From Lingula anatina (taxonomy: Eukaryota > Animalia > Brachiopoda): 64,000 nt of DNA. The position numbers and the translations under genes were made by a program. This document shows, piece by piece, positions 39,401-50,883 of this stretch (its first letter is position 1; each line of letters starts with the position of its first letter). Under the pieces are notes generated by a model. It did not search any database. It was not told where the DNA came from and worked only from the letters and a program-made list of their open reading frames with translations. The DNA is taken from positions 59,250,788 through 59,314,787 of the forward strand of contig CM120640.1 in the NCBI GenBank assembly GCA_051362555.1. The letters are read 5' to 3'.

Positions 39401-40881
39401 GGAGGGGTTTTTCCGCCATCACATCACTATAACCTTCCTATGAAAAGGCCATATCCTTATCCACTCCCAGCTCATCAGAAAAAAAGCTCTTTGCCAGATA
39501 GTTATGCCAAGGAACACAGGTCATTATATAGTTTGTCAGGAGATGTCATCATTGAAAATGCACATTCAGAAAAAGCCAAACGTCAAAAGCTGGACTGTAG
39601 GACTGATGACCCGAGGTCATTCCTTAAGACTAACACAAACCTGGTCCTAAGTCATAGTAGAGATACTCAGGAATCCTGTGACCAACCTTTTGATCTAAGT
39701 ATGAAATCAATGAAAAAGAACAATGAACAAAATACAGGAGCATTTGATACCAAGGTAGAAAGTAAACCATGTACTTCAGCATCGGCATCATCCAGCAACA
39801 AGTACACTGAATGTGAAAAAACAACATTAACCATGAACTCTGTATCACCCAGACCTAGCCAGCAAGGTACAGTGAGCCCTAAAGTGCCATATCATAGTAA
39901 CATTGTCAAACGTACAAATTCCCCACAGTCAATGGATTCTGAATTGAGTAGGAGTCAAAGTTCTGCCTCAAGAAGCCTTCTCGATGACAGACGTGTGTCT
40001 CCAGTAACACCATCTTCAGGTGGTGAGGATGGCAGTGACAGACCTGCATTTATTACCTCCTATTTTGACCCTCATGGTATCGAGTCCCAGCAAGCTCTTG
40101 CAAAGCATGTTATCACAAGAGAGGGGAAAGTTGTTTCTCCTGAGCTAAAATCACCTCAGGTGAGGGGTAGTTAATATCAGGGTCTGTATTTGTTTGTGCA
40201 CTGAATTTAAAAATTGGAAGAATATTTTTGCCAGTTGCTTACTTAAAGGAATTGTTTTTCACCAGTTTTATTATTTAAATGCTGAAGTGCAAGTGTTAGC
40301 TAAAGAATGAATTATAATGGTTGAACTCAAAAATGTGTAAACAGTAGTGTTTATAATACTGATGGATAACATAAGTTCTGTTACTTTATGAAATGATTCC
40401 CATTCCAAGAAATGGACTAAAATCCTTATCTGAATGCTTAAATGAGAACAATTTTTGTTTCAAGTCGTAAATATTGTTAAAAATAAATGTCTGTTCATGT
40501 ACTTTGTCCTCAGTTCACATTCCTTTCTATCTTTTAAGGCATGATTTAATGGTCTTTCTCTTCTAAACAGTTTTATGTAATTTTTTCCAGCATCCATCAG
40601 CAACACCCAAATCCAGCAGTGCCATCCAGGACTTCTCTCCATTGCTGCACCCAGCCTATCCCCAGATGTTGTCCCCTCCTAGCACCGTCCACCCAGGGAT
40701 TCTGCACTCTCCTCAGCAGCTCATAGAGGCTCAACTACAGGCCCATGCTGCACACAGGGCTGCCTATGAGGAGATGATCAGAGCACAAATGTATCCTCAC
40801 CCTTCCCCACTGTTTGTGCCTCAGTCGCAGCTTTACCCTCACCTGTACTCTGAAGGGCAGCAATACTTGTTTCCACAATAA
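18891..40881 (+). CDS. ARID5B: AT-rich interactive domain-containing protein 5 (ARID5B-like), with BAH-like N-terminus and ARID domain
   Basis: Exons 18891-18911 (MESSKIE), 19119-19373 (FLGTPCGHHGPYTFYKA...YFLPEHTPEG), 23938-24157 (DEILAVSEKIVLKIEDLLKW), 27799-28035 (LSYSQYCRYK), 28485-28597 (APNLKGRPRKKK), 28958/28964-29102 (FLAALYKFMRNRQSPITKVPSLGFK), 30097-30149 (IDLYYFYSSAQKYGGYEQ), 33519-33616 (WKHLYDKLGGNPGSTSAATCTRRHYE), 37917-38097 (LLLPFERYVKGE), 38357-38437 (less certain), 38619-39027, 39255-40159 (RPSVIQH, QPFDLS), 40591-40881. GT-AG sites and phases are consistent; motifs match vertebrate ARID5B as recalled. Confidence 0.95.
27178..27226. repeat. (TA)n microsatellite
   Basis: About 24 TA units read directly. 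Confidence 0.95.
27225..27284. repeat. Perfect 60-bp spacerless palindrome
   Basis: ATAAGCCCTTAAACCAAAATCGGTAGAATA followed immediately by its exact reverse complement. Confidence 0.95.
30255..33227 (+). mobile_element. Two tandem Helentron-associated (HINE/DINE-1-like) elements; the first is 3'-truncated near 31450, the second starts near 31462
   Basis: 5' subTIR TATGTACAGAC with adjacent inverted copy GTCTGTACATA, (GCCGAT/GTC)n microsatellite, internal ~161-bp tandem units, 3' subTIR GTCTGTACAT plus CAGC-TTT-GCTG hairpin and CTTGTTTT end. The ORFs at 30271 and 31473 are repeat artefacts. Confidence 0.8.
36407..36450. repeat. (TA)n microsatellite
   Basis: Read directly. Confidence 0.95.
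36496..36716 (+). mobile_element. Small HINE-like element of a second family nested in the larger one
   Basis: ACCTCTGCCAAG (36498-36509) and CTTGGCAGAGGT (36679-36690) subterminal inverted repeats, GCGCTC-TTG-GAGTGC hairpin, CTAG-TTTT end. Confidence 0.8.
37504..37729. mobile_element. PIF/Harbinger-like MITE, copy 2
   Basis: Same core as 9169-9382 (ccctgggggttca...atagttaattacccccttacagct...ctgacagtaatctagtgagactc), TIRs, AAA duplicated on both flanks. Confidence 0.75.
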
Positions 40882-43800
40882 GAGACAGGCATGGGCAGGG
40901 AAGTTCTTCATTTCATACTACTGCTTAGGGACTTTTTATATTCTCAGGAGTTTCCATATTGTGACATGAAGTTATGTTTTAGTCTAGAATTATATTTGTC
41001 TTGTATGCATTTTGGGGTTCTAAGAAAAATGAAAGGTGATTCTTTTTTATGTATGTTAAACTGCTTGTGTGGTTTAATGCCTGCAAAATGCGTTTATGTT
41101 TACTTTAGAATGCATTACTTCATAATCAATTAAAAAGTTTAAGGCAATAGTTATATGTCCGCAGTTCCCTTGTATTAATCGTATTGGATTTGCATTAGGT
41201 TGAAGACAAACCTTTAAGACTGTTGGCAAAAGAAAAATTGTTGACTGCTGGAACTGCATGGTAGATTTAAGGTTGGATATGGGACTGCTTTCCTGTCTAG
41301 AAAGTAGAGTTCAGGTATTAGATACATTTAACACAATTGCAAAATCCTACAACAAAGAAAAAAATGAAAAGAACAGATAATGTGTATGTTCTTTATGACT
41401 GTGTCACCAAAGCAAATGTTTAATAAATATTCATTATGATGCATTTCTGCATATTAATCTAGTATGTAAAAACAAGAAAGCCTGTATGATTATGGTCCAA
41501 GCTAAGGTCTTGCAGATCTTGAAAGATTTCAGTAATGAAAATAGACCTATTGATATTATATATGTGTTCCACATGGGTAGTGGACTAGCTTGCATTTGTT
41601 TTCATATAAAATGATATAGTAAAATTCATTATGTAGTCCAAAGAGCAATAATATGTAAAGCAAGAATAAATAAAAAGTAAATCGATATAAAGTAATGCAA
41701 CACTAATACTATGCATTACCCTATTGCAAAACAATCAAATTAAGATGTATAATTGAAGATAGATTAAGTACTTATTCTGTTCATTGTACATAGAAACAAA
41801 TCAGTATTTTATATTCGTTAATCATTTCATAATTTGATAGTTTTATATTTGCTTTCATTTATCAGAGCACCTTATCCAGTTGCATGATTATACTGGATCA
41901 ACATATCATGTTGAATAGAAATACATTACTGTAGAAGTGATGCACACAGTGTCTGATCCTCATTGTGTGTAGCATAATATCTGAAAAATACTCCATTTCA
42001 TATCAAGTTCATTGAACTGAAAACACATGCAAAGAAAGAGGAGTAAGAAATACTGGAAACAGAGAATCTGGCCATTTTCACCTTTTATGCATTAGCTGTT
42101 CAAGAAAAGATAACAGTGGTAATAGCTTGCCTTTGAGGAGTGACTTATTGAGCCCAATTTTGAATGTAAGGGAGTAAAGAATTCTTGAAGACTGTAAGTT
42201 GGTAATTTTAAAAACTTCTTCTTATAGCGTCTTAGCATTTTGAATCGGTCTTTTGAAACTAAAGAAAAGTGGTCTCGGATTCTCCGGATGTACATCGTAC
42301 TTCTAGGATGCATTACTGACTTGCCATATGTATACCCACACCGATTGAGTTATCGAACACTTTGCTACATCATGATTCAAACCTTGTTTCAGCTTTTTGT
42401 ATAAGAAGGACACTTCTAGTTACAATGGCATTGTGTATTTCCATTTATATAAGATTTGATGCTAATTTTCACTTTTTACCAAAGGGATCTAGATTATGAT
42501 AGAATTAAATATTATAATAATATAATTATAGGTCAAATTTGAATAAATGAAAGTCTGTAAAGAAATTTTTGGTGTTTTCTTTGAACATATGTAATATTAT
42601 TGTAGATGAAGGCAAGTGGCATAATATCATAGTATCTGACTTATGAAAATGAAATTGCCTTTTATCAGTATTTTCCCCTTAGAATAAAAGTAAATGAATC
42701 TCTTTTGTCTTCCCAGTCACATTGTGTCCTTATTACCAGACACTACAAAATTGCGATGGAATCCTGAAACACGGAGTTGGGGTTTTCAATATATCTTGTA
42801 TTGGTTTTTTTTTTATAATCAGGCTATATAGATTTATTTAAATTTCTATGAGTTTGTGCCAACCAACATACCTTCTGGCATCAGCGTATTTCATATGTAG
42901 TTGTTGTAAATAGAGTTAGTTAAGGACTGACGTGAGGATTATAATTGTGAAACAGACATTCGAACTGGTGATGGTTCGGACTACTAAATCTTCAGAGCAA
43001 TTAACATTCATGTGAATGAAACTTAGGAATAAAGAGCAATGATCTTTTAACTATGGATCTTTTAACTAAAAGACTTTTATCAAAAATAAAACACCTTCAT
43101 TTTACTGGATGTATGGACAAATATTTTGATAAAAAATACTTCAAAATAACAAGATGATCCCCTTACCCTGCCAACTAATCATGCCCCTTTGTCACATATC
43201 TCGGCTTTACACTGTTTTTTTTTTAGCATACAGAGTATTTTTGTCCCCACTGTGGTTGTTTCTTCATGGTTTGGATAAGACTTTCATCTGACAGCCAGTC
43301 TGATGGATAATCTTTCTAGATTTTCTGAAACAATGCTGAAAATGGAACACCAAATGCCTTGAAAAAATTTTTAAAATGTATTTTTTTCTCATATATTATT
43401 GATTTGGGTGTTTTCCCTTTCTAATCTCCTAATCTGTGAATGTGTTATTTATTTGCAGCTAGTGTCTATAGAGGGTCCTAGTTTGAAGAAATGGCCAATA
43501 GCATGCTTGTTTTTTAAAATAAATACCAAAACTAGTTTTTCATGAGATTGGAGCTGAAGTTTTGTTCAGGTTAGGGTGGTCCATATTTTCGTGCTTCTGG
43601 AGATCTATTAAAATCAATCTAGATACCTCAAGTTAAAGGTAAAAAGGTTATTTTCTTGGGTTAGCTATAAATCAGAAATTCCTCTCCAATAACATTCCTG
43701 TAGGCCCTGGTAGCGCCTGTAGTTATACTGTATACTGCTAGTACTGTACTGGTGACTTTGGTACATTCATATGCTGTTGGTCAAAAGGTACCATGCCCCA

Positions 43801-44087
43801 TCTCTAATAACATGTATTTTTGTAAAAAAGGATCACGTCACAGCTGTAAACTTTTTTTTTTTTTTTAGTGGTCATGATTCCAGATAGTACGGGTACAGCA
43901 TAGAAAATGCAAAATACCAGTGAAGATATCCATATATTTAATAATTAACCCAGTAAAATCTTGGACATCTGATGTTCCACAGAGGTAAAAAAAAAAAAAT
44001 TCAAACGACATGACCAAGCTGGGTTAGAGGTGGGTCAACCTTTTTGACCAAGAATACGTGTACATTTATGTCGGACCCGTGTATATA

Positions 44088-45540
44088 CAGTACGTACCTA
44101 TACTCCCCCGCACCGATACTCCCCCACTTCTTTACATCCCCGCACCGATACTCCCCCGCACCGATACTCCCCCGCTTCTTTACATCCCCGCACCGATACT
44201 CCCCCGCACCGATACTCCCTCGTACCGATACTCCCCCGCTTCTTTACATCCCCGCACCGATACTCCCCCGCACTGATACTCCCGCGTACCGATACTCCGC
44301 AAAAACACTACTCCCCCAAGGCATAGATTCCCTTGGCTTTGTAAACCCCATTCGTAATTTACAACACTTTCTGTAATGCTTTTTTTTCAAGATGCACCAC
44401 CCTCTTGGGACCCAGATTTGACAAATTTTATTCGAAATATATTGGGAAAAATAAAGAACGTTACACGAAGTCAATCTCAGACTTAGTGTGCAGCTTGACA
44501 GTACGTAGGTCTACAGCTCTTCCTTGTGATTTTTGAATGTTTTTGCAAAATTAATTTCGTTCTCCTACTGTACTCAGTAGTTTTTTTATTAACTTAAGGC
44601 AAAGTTAGTTTTAATCTAAGATAACGCAGCTATGTCTTTTTTTCAGGCAACGATGAATTCGTAAAATTATTAATTAAGTAATAAAAAAGAAGTGCTAAAG
44701 CGCTTCGTTTTCTGTCTTTTTCCTCCAACCTTCTTTTCTGCTCTTTAAGCTTCTTTCCCTTGTCTTTTGAATCTGAATTAGATTAGAATCTGAATTGAGC
44801 AAAATTCAAAAATTTTGAAAATTGTTGCACAACGAAATTGTCGAGACACGAGCATGCGTCGTGAGCACGCCTTTTATACTCGCAGTCCCGTCGTGTTTTC
44901 GATTTTGTTCGTTATAGATGTGAGGGCGTGCGCCGTACTCAACACGCAAAGGGCTCTTTCTCCTTCATTTCTTGCGGCGTGCATCTTGGACCAGGCAAGT
45001 CTCACTTGCAAACCAATCGCAAACTCCTTACAAAGGGAACAAATTACGCTTACGGCCTCGCTGTTCGCAGATTATTCGTAGAATCTATTGGAAATGTTCA
45101 ATATCCTCCGTACGTGCTTACATACGTGCGAACTCGAAATTTCGCATAAAGGACTTGCGTGGTACATGAGATTCTCCGCAAAATTTGGACTTAAACGGGT
45201 CGTAGATTTTGATCCACTTACCTAGACTGACCCTAACCTGTATAATTAAATGGAGGGTTGACTCTGTTACTCGATCCTCAGTTTCGGCAAAATTGCATAG
45301 GGGGAGTAATGATGAGGGGGAGTATCGGTGCGGGGGAGTAACGGTGCGGGGAAACAACAACGCTGGGGAGTATCGGTGCGGGGGAGTAACGGTGCGCGTA
45401 TAACGGCAATTTTACAGGGGGTTTATCGATGCGGGGATCTATCGGTGTGGGGGCGTATCGATGTGCATAATGCAAAAATTTACTAAGGGGGAGTATCGGT
45501 GCGGGGGAGTAACGGTGCGGGGGAGTATCGGCATGACCCC
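44088..45540. mobile_element. Foldback-type DNA element with inverted arms made of 16-bp tandem repeats
   Basis: Left arm (ATACTCCCCCGCACCG)n at 44100-44300; inverted copies GGGGAGTATCGGTGCGGG at 45300-45400 and 45487-45535; TATA on both flanks as a tentative TSD. ORFs in this interval are repeat artefacts. Confidence 0.65.
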
Positions 45541-46479
45541 TATACGGCTGTGGTAATACTCGTAGAAAAAGGTTTTTATTTTTTGACATGTCATAATACT
45601 AGCATAATCAAGATTGTTTTCCATTATTGAAGTGTGTAATTGTGACTAAAACATGGTATAAAATTCTTTTACTTCAATTCCAATACAACTGACATTCTAA
45701 CTTAATTTTAAAAACAAATATAAAGTGTTACCAAAGATATAAATATGAAATAAAAATAAATTGTTTTTGTGATCAGACAGCTTTCATTGCCAAGTTCCAC
45801 AACTACATATTTTTAAATTCAAACCCCATGTTCATTCAGGTGATTTCAGTACCCCTTGAATTATTTCATTTCTTTAAATTGGGAAGAACATCCAATAGAA
45901 ACATCCAATAGCCAACAGAATGTCACCAAACATAAAATCAGCATTTTTTTTTGGTTTGTCCAGAATCAAAGTTTATTCAAATGATTTTGTACACCATCAG
46001 GTGAATATTTAGCTTTCCATGCTGCATCTTTTAATTTGGAAGCTTACATTACCAACACAATAGTGTTAGTGTTCCAAATATGTAGGATTTAAGAGAAAGA
46101 GAGAGAAAATAAAAAGCTGATAAGATGAATATTTATTTGAATACAATATCATATAGAAAGACTACAGTATTTTTCCATTTTATTTACATGTAACTATCTA
46201 TAAGACCAAGTTTATATAAACAGAAGCTTGTCTCCCTATCTACATCATTAGACAAATTAGTGCCCAGTTAATTGCTTGTAGGTCAAGAGCATTTTAAGTG
46301 GGTACAACTTTCATTGTTTAAGAAAATTAAAAGGGGAAATATAGTTATGTTGGTGAAACAGAAATATTTGACATAACTATTGACAGAGTGAAAGCCACTG
46401 ATTGTCCTTCAACGGAAAACACCCTATATTTATAAGTATACAATGTTCAATCAATCATTTATCTTCGCCTCGATTTCGG

Positions 46480-46980
46480 AATATAAATTGCTCTTGTGAG
46501 CCTCGTTTCCACGCAGTGTGTTGTTGTTATCATATCGAGGTCATGAATTAGTGTCACGAGATTCAGGTTAAGCCGAAACCAACTGTTAAATTAGGAATTT
46601 TCGGTGAGAAAGATGAGGTTTTGAAGTTAACTAGCGTGGGGATATTAAAGTTGATCCTTGACCAGGTAGCAGTTTTACAACTCTAGTGAGGTGACCCAGC
46701 TCTCACAATATGCTGGCAGGACACACAAGTTACGTACGTAGTACAAGAAGTCGGATGACCGTCTGGTGATGTAGACTGTGACGACTTACCGGATTCTATC
46801 CATCCTAACATGTTTTGCCTCAAAGTTGACCGGCACTCTACCACACTGTACAGATTGCGAGCTTTTGATTGACTCATGTGTACATTACATGTACGTGTAC
46901 ATGTACTCTTATATTATTAGCTGTTGATAACTCAATCTTGATAACACTACAATATTTCGTCCGTTTTTAGTTATTTGCAG
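46480..46980 (+). promoter_or_regulatory. Putative endoglycoceramidase promoter, non-coding first exon and 5'UTR intron
   Basis: TATAAA near 46484, CpG-rich patch, candidate donors near 46566 (cag|gttaag) or 46665, acceptors at 46970/46980 (tttttag, ttgcag) just before the ATG. Confidence 0.35.
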
Positions 46981-47028
46981 TCACATTGTATCCAGTATTG
47001 ATATAGAAACTTTCCACACCCAAGACTG

Positions 47029-48531
47029 ATGAGTATGGAGTCATTGAAGATTTTGTATATGGCAGTGGCAGTTTTCCTCCTCACTACCCAAGCACCCAGT
47101 ATCTCTGCAGCTGGTCTTCAAAAGATATCTGTTAATGCTGATGGATGGTTTGTGGACCCCAATGGGCGTGTGATGCTTTTCCATGGCATTAACATGGTGC
47201 AGAAAGGATTTCCCTGGTATCCAGCAACTCTACTAAACAAAACCAAACTAAGAGACTACAAAAATTGGGGATTCAATGCAGTAAGATTAGGTATGATGTG
47301 GAGTGGACTCGAACCACAAGAAGGTGTCTTCAACACGACATATGCAAATATTATGTCTTCGATTGTTGACACTTTGGAAAACTATGGCATGTACTCTCTG
47401 CTTGACATGCATCAAGATGTCATGTCTTCCAAATTTCAGTCATATGATGGGATTCCATTATGGTTGGTAAATAAACTTCCCAACCCCTCTCAAGATGAAG
47501 CTTTTCCGTGGCCCTTTAAGAATATAGGCTCGTGGGAAGATGGATATCTAGCTAAAGCCACTGGCATGGCATTTCAGGGATTATACAGTAACAGAAGTAA
47601 TGCATTGGGCTACTTTTCACGATTTTGGCAGACCACTGCTAAGATATTTAAGGGCAGGGGTGGTGTTCTTGGCTATGAACTTATCAATGAACCTTGGGCA
47701 GGAGACATATGGAGCAATCTGAGTTTACTATTACCAGGCAATGCAGGTAGTCGTAATCTAATGCCAATGTACAAAGTGATAAATAAAGCCATTCGTGCAG
47801 TGGATGATGACACAATTATATTTTACGAGCCAGTAACTTGGGGTGTTATCTACAAAAATGATTATCATCACTTTGGAACTGGATTTAACATGGTACCTGG
47901 AGGAAGTGACTACAAGAACCGCAGTGCTTTGTCATATCATTATTACTGTTGGTTTGATAAACCTGCAGATGAACCCTTTCCCTACCCTGAATGGAAAAGA
48001 ATAGCCTGTGATGACTTCTGGGGTCCTTTTGTATTTCTTGCTGTCCGTGGTGATAGAGAAAAAATAGGAGGAGGTTCCTTCCTCACTGAGTTTGGTATTT
48101 GTAGCACAGATGGTAATAACAAAACAGAGGGGACAGTAGAATGTGAGTCCACTATGCAGGGGGCAGATGCCGCACTCCAGTCTTGGACATACTGGGACTC
48201 TTCCTTTTATTATTCCAATGGAAGTGTAAACTGGAATCAAGTGAGGTCCTTTTCGCGTGTCTACCCAAGAGCCACTGCTGGCACTCCCAAGTATTTAAAC
48301 TTCAATCTCACTTCTTTAATATTTACCTATAGATATGTTCATTTAGTTGCAATACAGCAACCCACAGAAATATTTGTGCCCAAATTTCACTACCCAAAAG
48401 GTTTCACTGTAGAATTGAAGGGCCAGCTGAAGTGGACCTTTGATATAAATGAATGTGTGATCTATGTGACTCCAGTAGACAGCAAACTCAAGTATATTAA
48501 TGCTCAGGTGATTATAAAACCCAAAACTTAA
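47029..48531 (+). CDS. Endoglycoceramidase (glycoside hydrolase family 5), secreted or lysosomal; single coding exon
   Basis: 500-aa uninterrupted ORF with a hydrophobic signal peptide and GH5/EGCase motifs HGINMVQK, WGFNAVRLG, LLDMHQD, GYELINEPWAG (acid/base Glu), LSYHYYC, FLTEFG (nucleophile Glu), SWTYW and SRVYPRATAG. Confidence 0.93.
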   Translation: MSMESLKILYMAVAVFLLTTQAPSISAAGLQKISVNADGWFVDPNGRVMLFHGINMVQKGFPWYPATLLNKTKLRDYKNWGFNAVRLGMMWSGLEPQEGVFNTTYANIMSSIVDTLENYGMYSLLDMHQDVMSSKFQSYDGIPLWLVNKLPNPSQDEAFPWPFKNIGSWEDGYLAKATGMAFQGLYSNRSNALGYFSRFWQTTAKIFKGRGGVLGYELINEPWAGDIWSNLSLLLPGNAGSRNLMPMYKVINKAIRAVDDDTIIFYEPVTWGVIYKNDYHHFGTGFNMVPGGSDYKNRSALSYHYYCWFDKPADEPFPYPEWKRIACDDFWGPFVFLAVRGDREKIGGGSFLTEFGICSTDGNNKTEGTVECESTMQGADAALQSWTYWDSSFYYSNGSVNWNQVRSFSRVYPRATAGTPKYLNFNLTSLIFTYRYVHLVAIQQPTEIFVPKFHYPKGFTVELKGQLKWTFDINECVIYVTPVDSKLKYINAQVIIKPKT

Positions 48532-48686
48532 GGTATTCTTCATAACATTGAGTAACAGTAGTTGGTGGGTAGCTGTGATCTAATATAACTACAGTATTTG
48601 AGTATTTGTAGTTTGTTATTCCTGTATCCAATTCAGCAAAACACCAACTTCAACCCCCTGTCTCCTGTTTCAATGAAAATTGAGTA

Positions 48687-49030
48687 GATTGTACACCTAA
48701 CTTTTACTATGTTTCTACATTCCATTTGTTAAGAAGTTTATTTTTAAGTCGTACAGGTCAAGAGATTAAAAAAGGATTGTATATATTGAATGTAGTGAGA
48801 TCCATAAACATGCTTATAGATGCTCTCTGTGACTAATGGTTTAAGATTTAAATATTTGGGGGGGGGGGGGAGTTGATTGTACACCTAACTTTTATTATCT
48901 TTCTACATTCCACCTTTTAAGAAGTTTTTTTTATAGTACAGGTCCAGAGATTTAAAAAGGGCTTGCGTGTGTTGAATGTACTTGTTTATATATGTAGATG
49001 CTCCGTGGCTAATGATTTAAGATTTAAATA
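48687..49030 (+). repeat. Diverged tandem duplication (about 165-bp units separated by a poly-G run) downstream of the endoglycoceramidase stop
   Basis: 48687-48854 and 48875-49030 both begin GATTGTACACCTAACTTTTA and end TTTAAGATTTAAATA. Confidence 0.85.
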
Positions 49031-50089
49031 CAAAAATGCTTTCAATATGGTTTAGTATTTTTAACTTCAGCATAAAGAAAAATTCTTTAAAAGCAGCCTG
49101 AGAATGCATTGCTTCACTCTTAGCCATGTCCCTTGCTAATTGTTAATTTGATATATATGTATATATATATGCAAAGGTGCTGTGGAATATTTATTTTTGT
49201 TGTATCAAATATAATTGTTGATATGTTTTATGTGTTGATATATATCTTTATATATACCAAATTAATGACTGAAATTGCTTAAAGCATGTCTTATCCATTG
49301 GAATGGTTACAGTATAAAAATTGATTTTCCCTGAAAAAATTGTGACAGTTTTTCTGCAAATATACCATGGTTTGTTTATTATATTTTTGAGAAATGAAAA
49401 CAAAATAAAGTGATACTGTAATTACAGAATGCCTTTTAAAATTATTGATGCCTTATGTCTTTTTTTTTTCTTTTTTTCCAAATTGTATTTGATAGCAGTT
49501 ACCGTAATCTTGATTTTGTTCCAATTCTTGAGATGTGGACTAGAAACACAAAAGTAAAATTTTAAAACTACTGACATTTATTATAAGATTGTTTTGCAAG
49601 TTTACTTAAGGAAGTGTTCATCATACGCTAATAAGCGATTTATGTTGCACATTTTTGTGTAGACGATATTGCCTCTACGTAAACGGCATCATTTCCATTT
49701 GCTTATTTGGAACTTTTTTAAAAAGATATATAAATAAGTTGATCAGTAAGAACAAGCTTATTACAGTTTTCTTAATTATATCTTAAATATAATTTCTTAA
49801 CAGAGATTGAATGAAGTATTTTTCTTAAATATTAGACCATTACAATTGTGTGATTGATTCAACATCCAAAACGGGAAAATGTGTCCCCGTAATATGTATT
49901 ATGATTACGCAAGGTCCCCCAAGTAGCCTCGAATGCGTTGGATGTGACATGACAAACTCCCCCACTCCCTGCAAACACACTTCATACGGGACACTGTTAT
50001 GGCAGCTTGCATGTGAACTAAACAGCAGCGGCATCTCCTACTGCATACCTGAAAAACTGCAGAAGAACTCGGCGAATGCCGTTTTTTAG

Positions 50090-50133
50090 ACGTTTGTGGT
50101 GTCGCAGATTATCCCTTATCGAGTATTCATTAA
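50090..50133 (+). other. Putative non-coding first exon of XPNPEP1
   Basis: CpG-rich patch ending in taag|gtaggc donor; acceptor ttcag| at 50873, 10 nt before the ATG. Confidence 0.45.
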
Positions 50134-50883
50134 GGTAGGCATTTTACCAACGACGACTTTTTAGAGTAACTCGAGATGAACTTTCTTAGGCCGAACCACC
50201 TGCATTGTTTACTGTACCTTTATGGCGTGACTACTACCGTTGTGTGGCCTTGCAGTCAGTCAGTAGGTCCCTTCTTTTCGTATTTGGGCTACAGTAAGTA
50301 GGTAGCATTAAAGGACTAAATTGAATCAATGCTGTATTATTTGTTAAGAAAGTTTTCTTTTTTTGCAAAATTTAACTTTGCTGGATAATCAGCTTTGCAT
50401 TGAAATTATTTTAACTGCATACTCATTGATTTCGATTTAAAAGTGTTGACAATCAACATTAAAAAATTGCAGGTCTTCTGCCATTTTAAGTGGTCATGAC
50501 CAGTCATAACCATGTCTGCACATGACAGTTAAAAATTAGGATTACTAAAAACCAAATGTTTTTGATGGTCTGAGCATAAAAACGCTACGAGACCATGCCA
50601 TAATTGGTTTTGACAACATTTTAATGGCAAATTATTCAATACTTTTTATAATGTAGATAAAATATAAAACAATAATTGTGATTGTTTTAACATATGTGAT
50701 TAATGAAGCAGTGTATCACCCTCCACACACCCCTCAACTGATTTTATGAATAAAGGCTCAGTGCATTATTTGTGAATTTTTTTTACACTGAAGATTTTTA
50801 CATATTAATAACTTGGATGTATATAGAGGGCTGGTATAACACTGTTGTTTTAAAAGATGTTCATTAGTTTCAGGTTTTGCTCC

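Noticed and set aside
44100-44300. Regularly spaced short repeats resembling a CRISPR array
   Set aside because: Intervening sequences are themselves repeated rather than unique spacers; eukaryotic context; no cas genes.
44044-45624. Pro/Arg-rich ORFs (PAPILPRTDTPP...) on both strands
   Set aside because: Artefacts of 16-bp tandem repeats.
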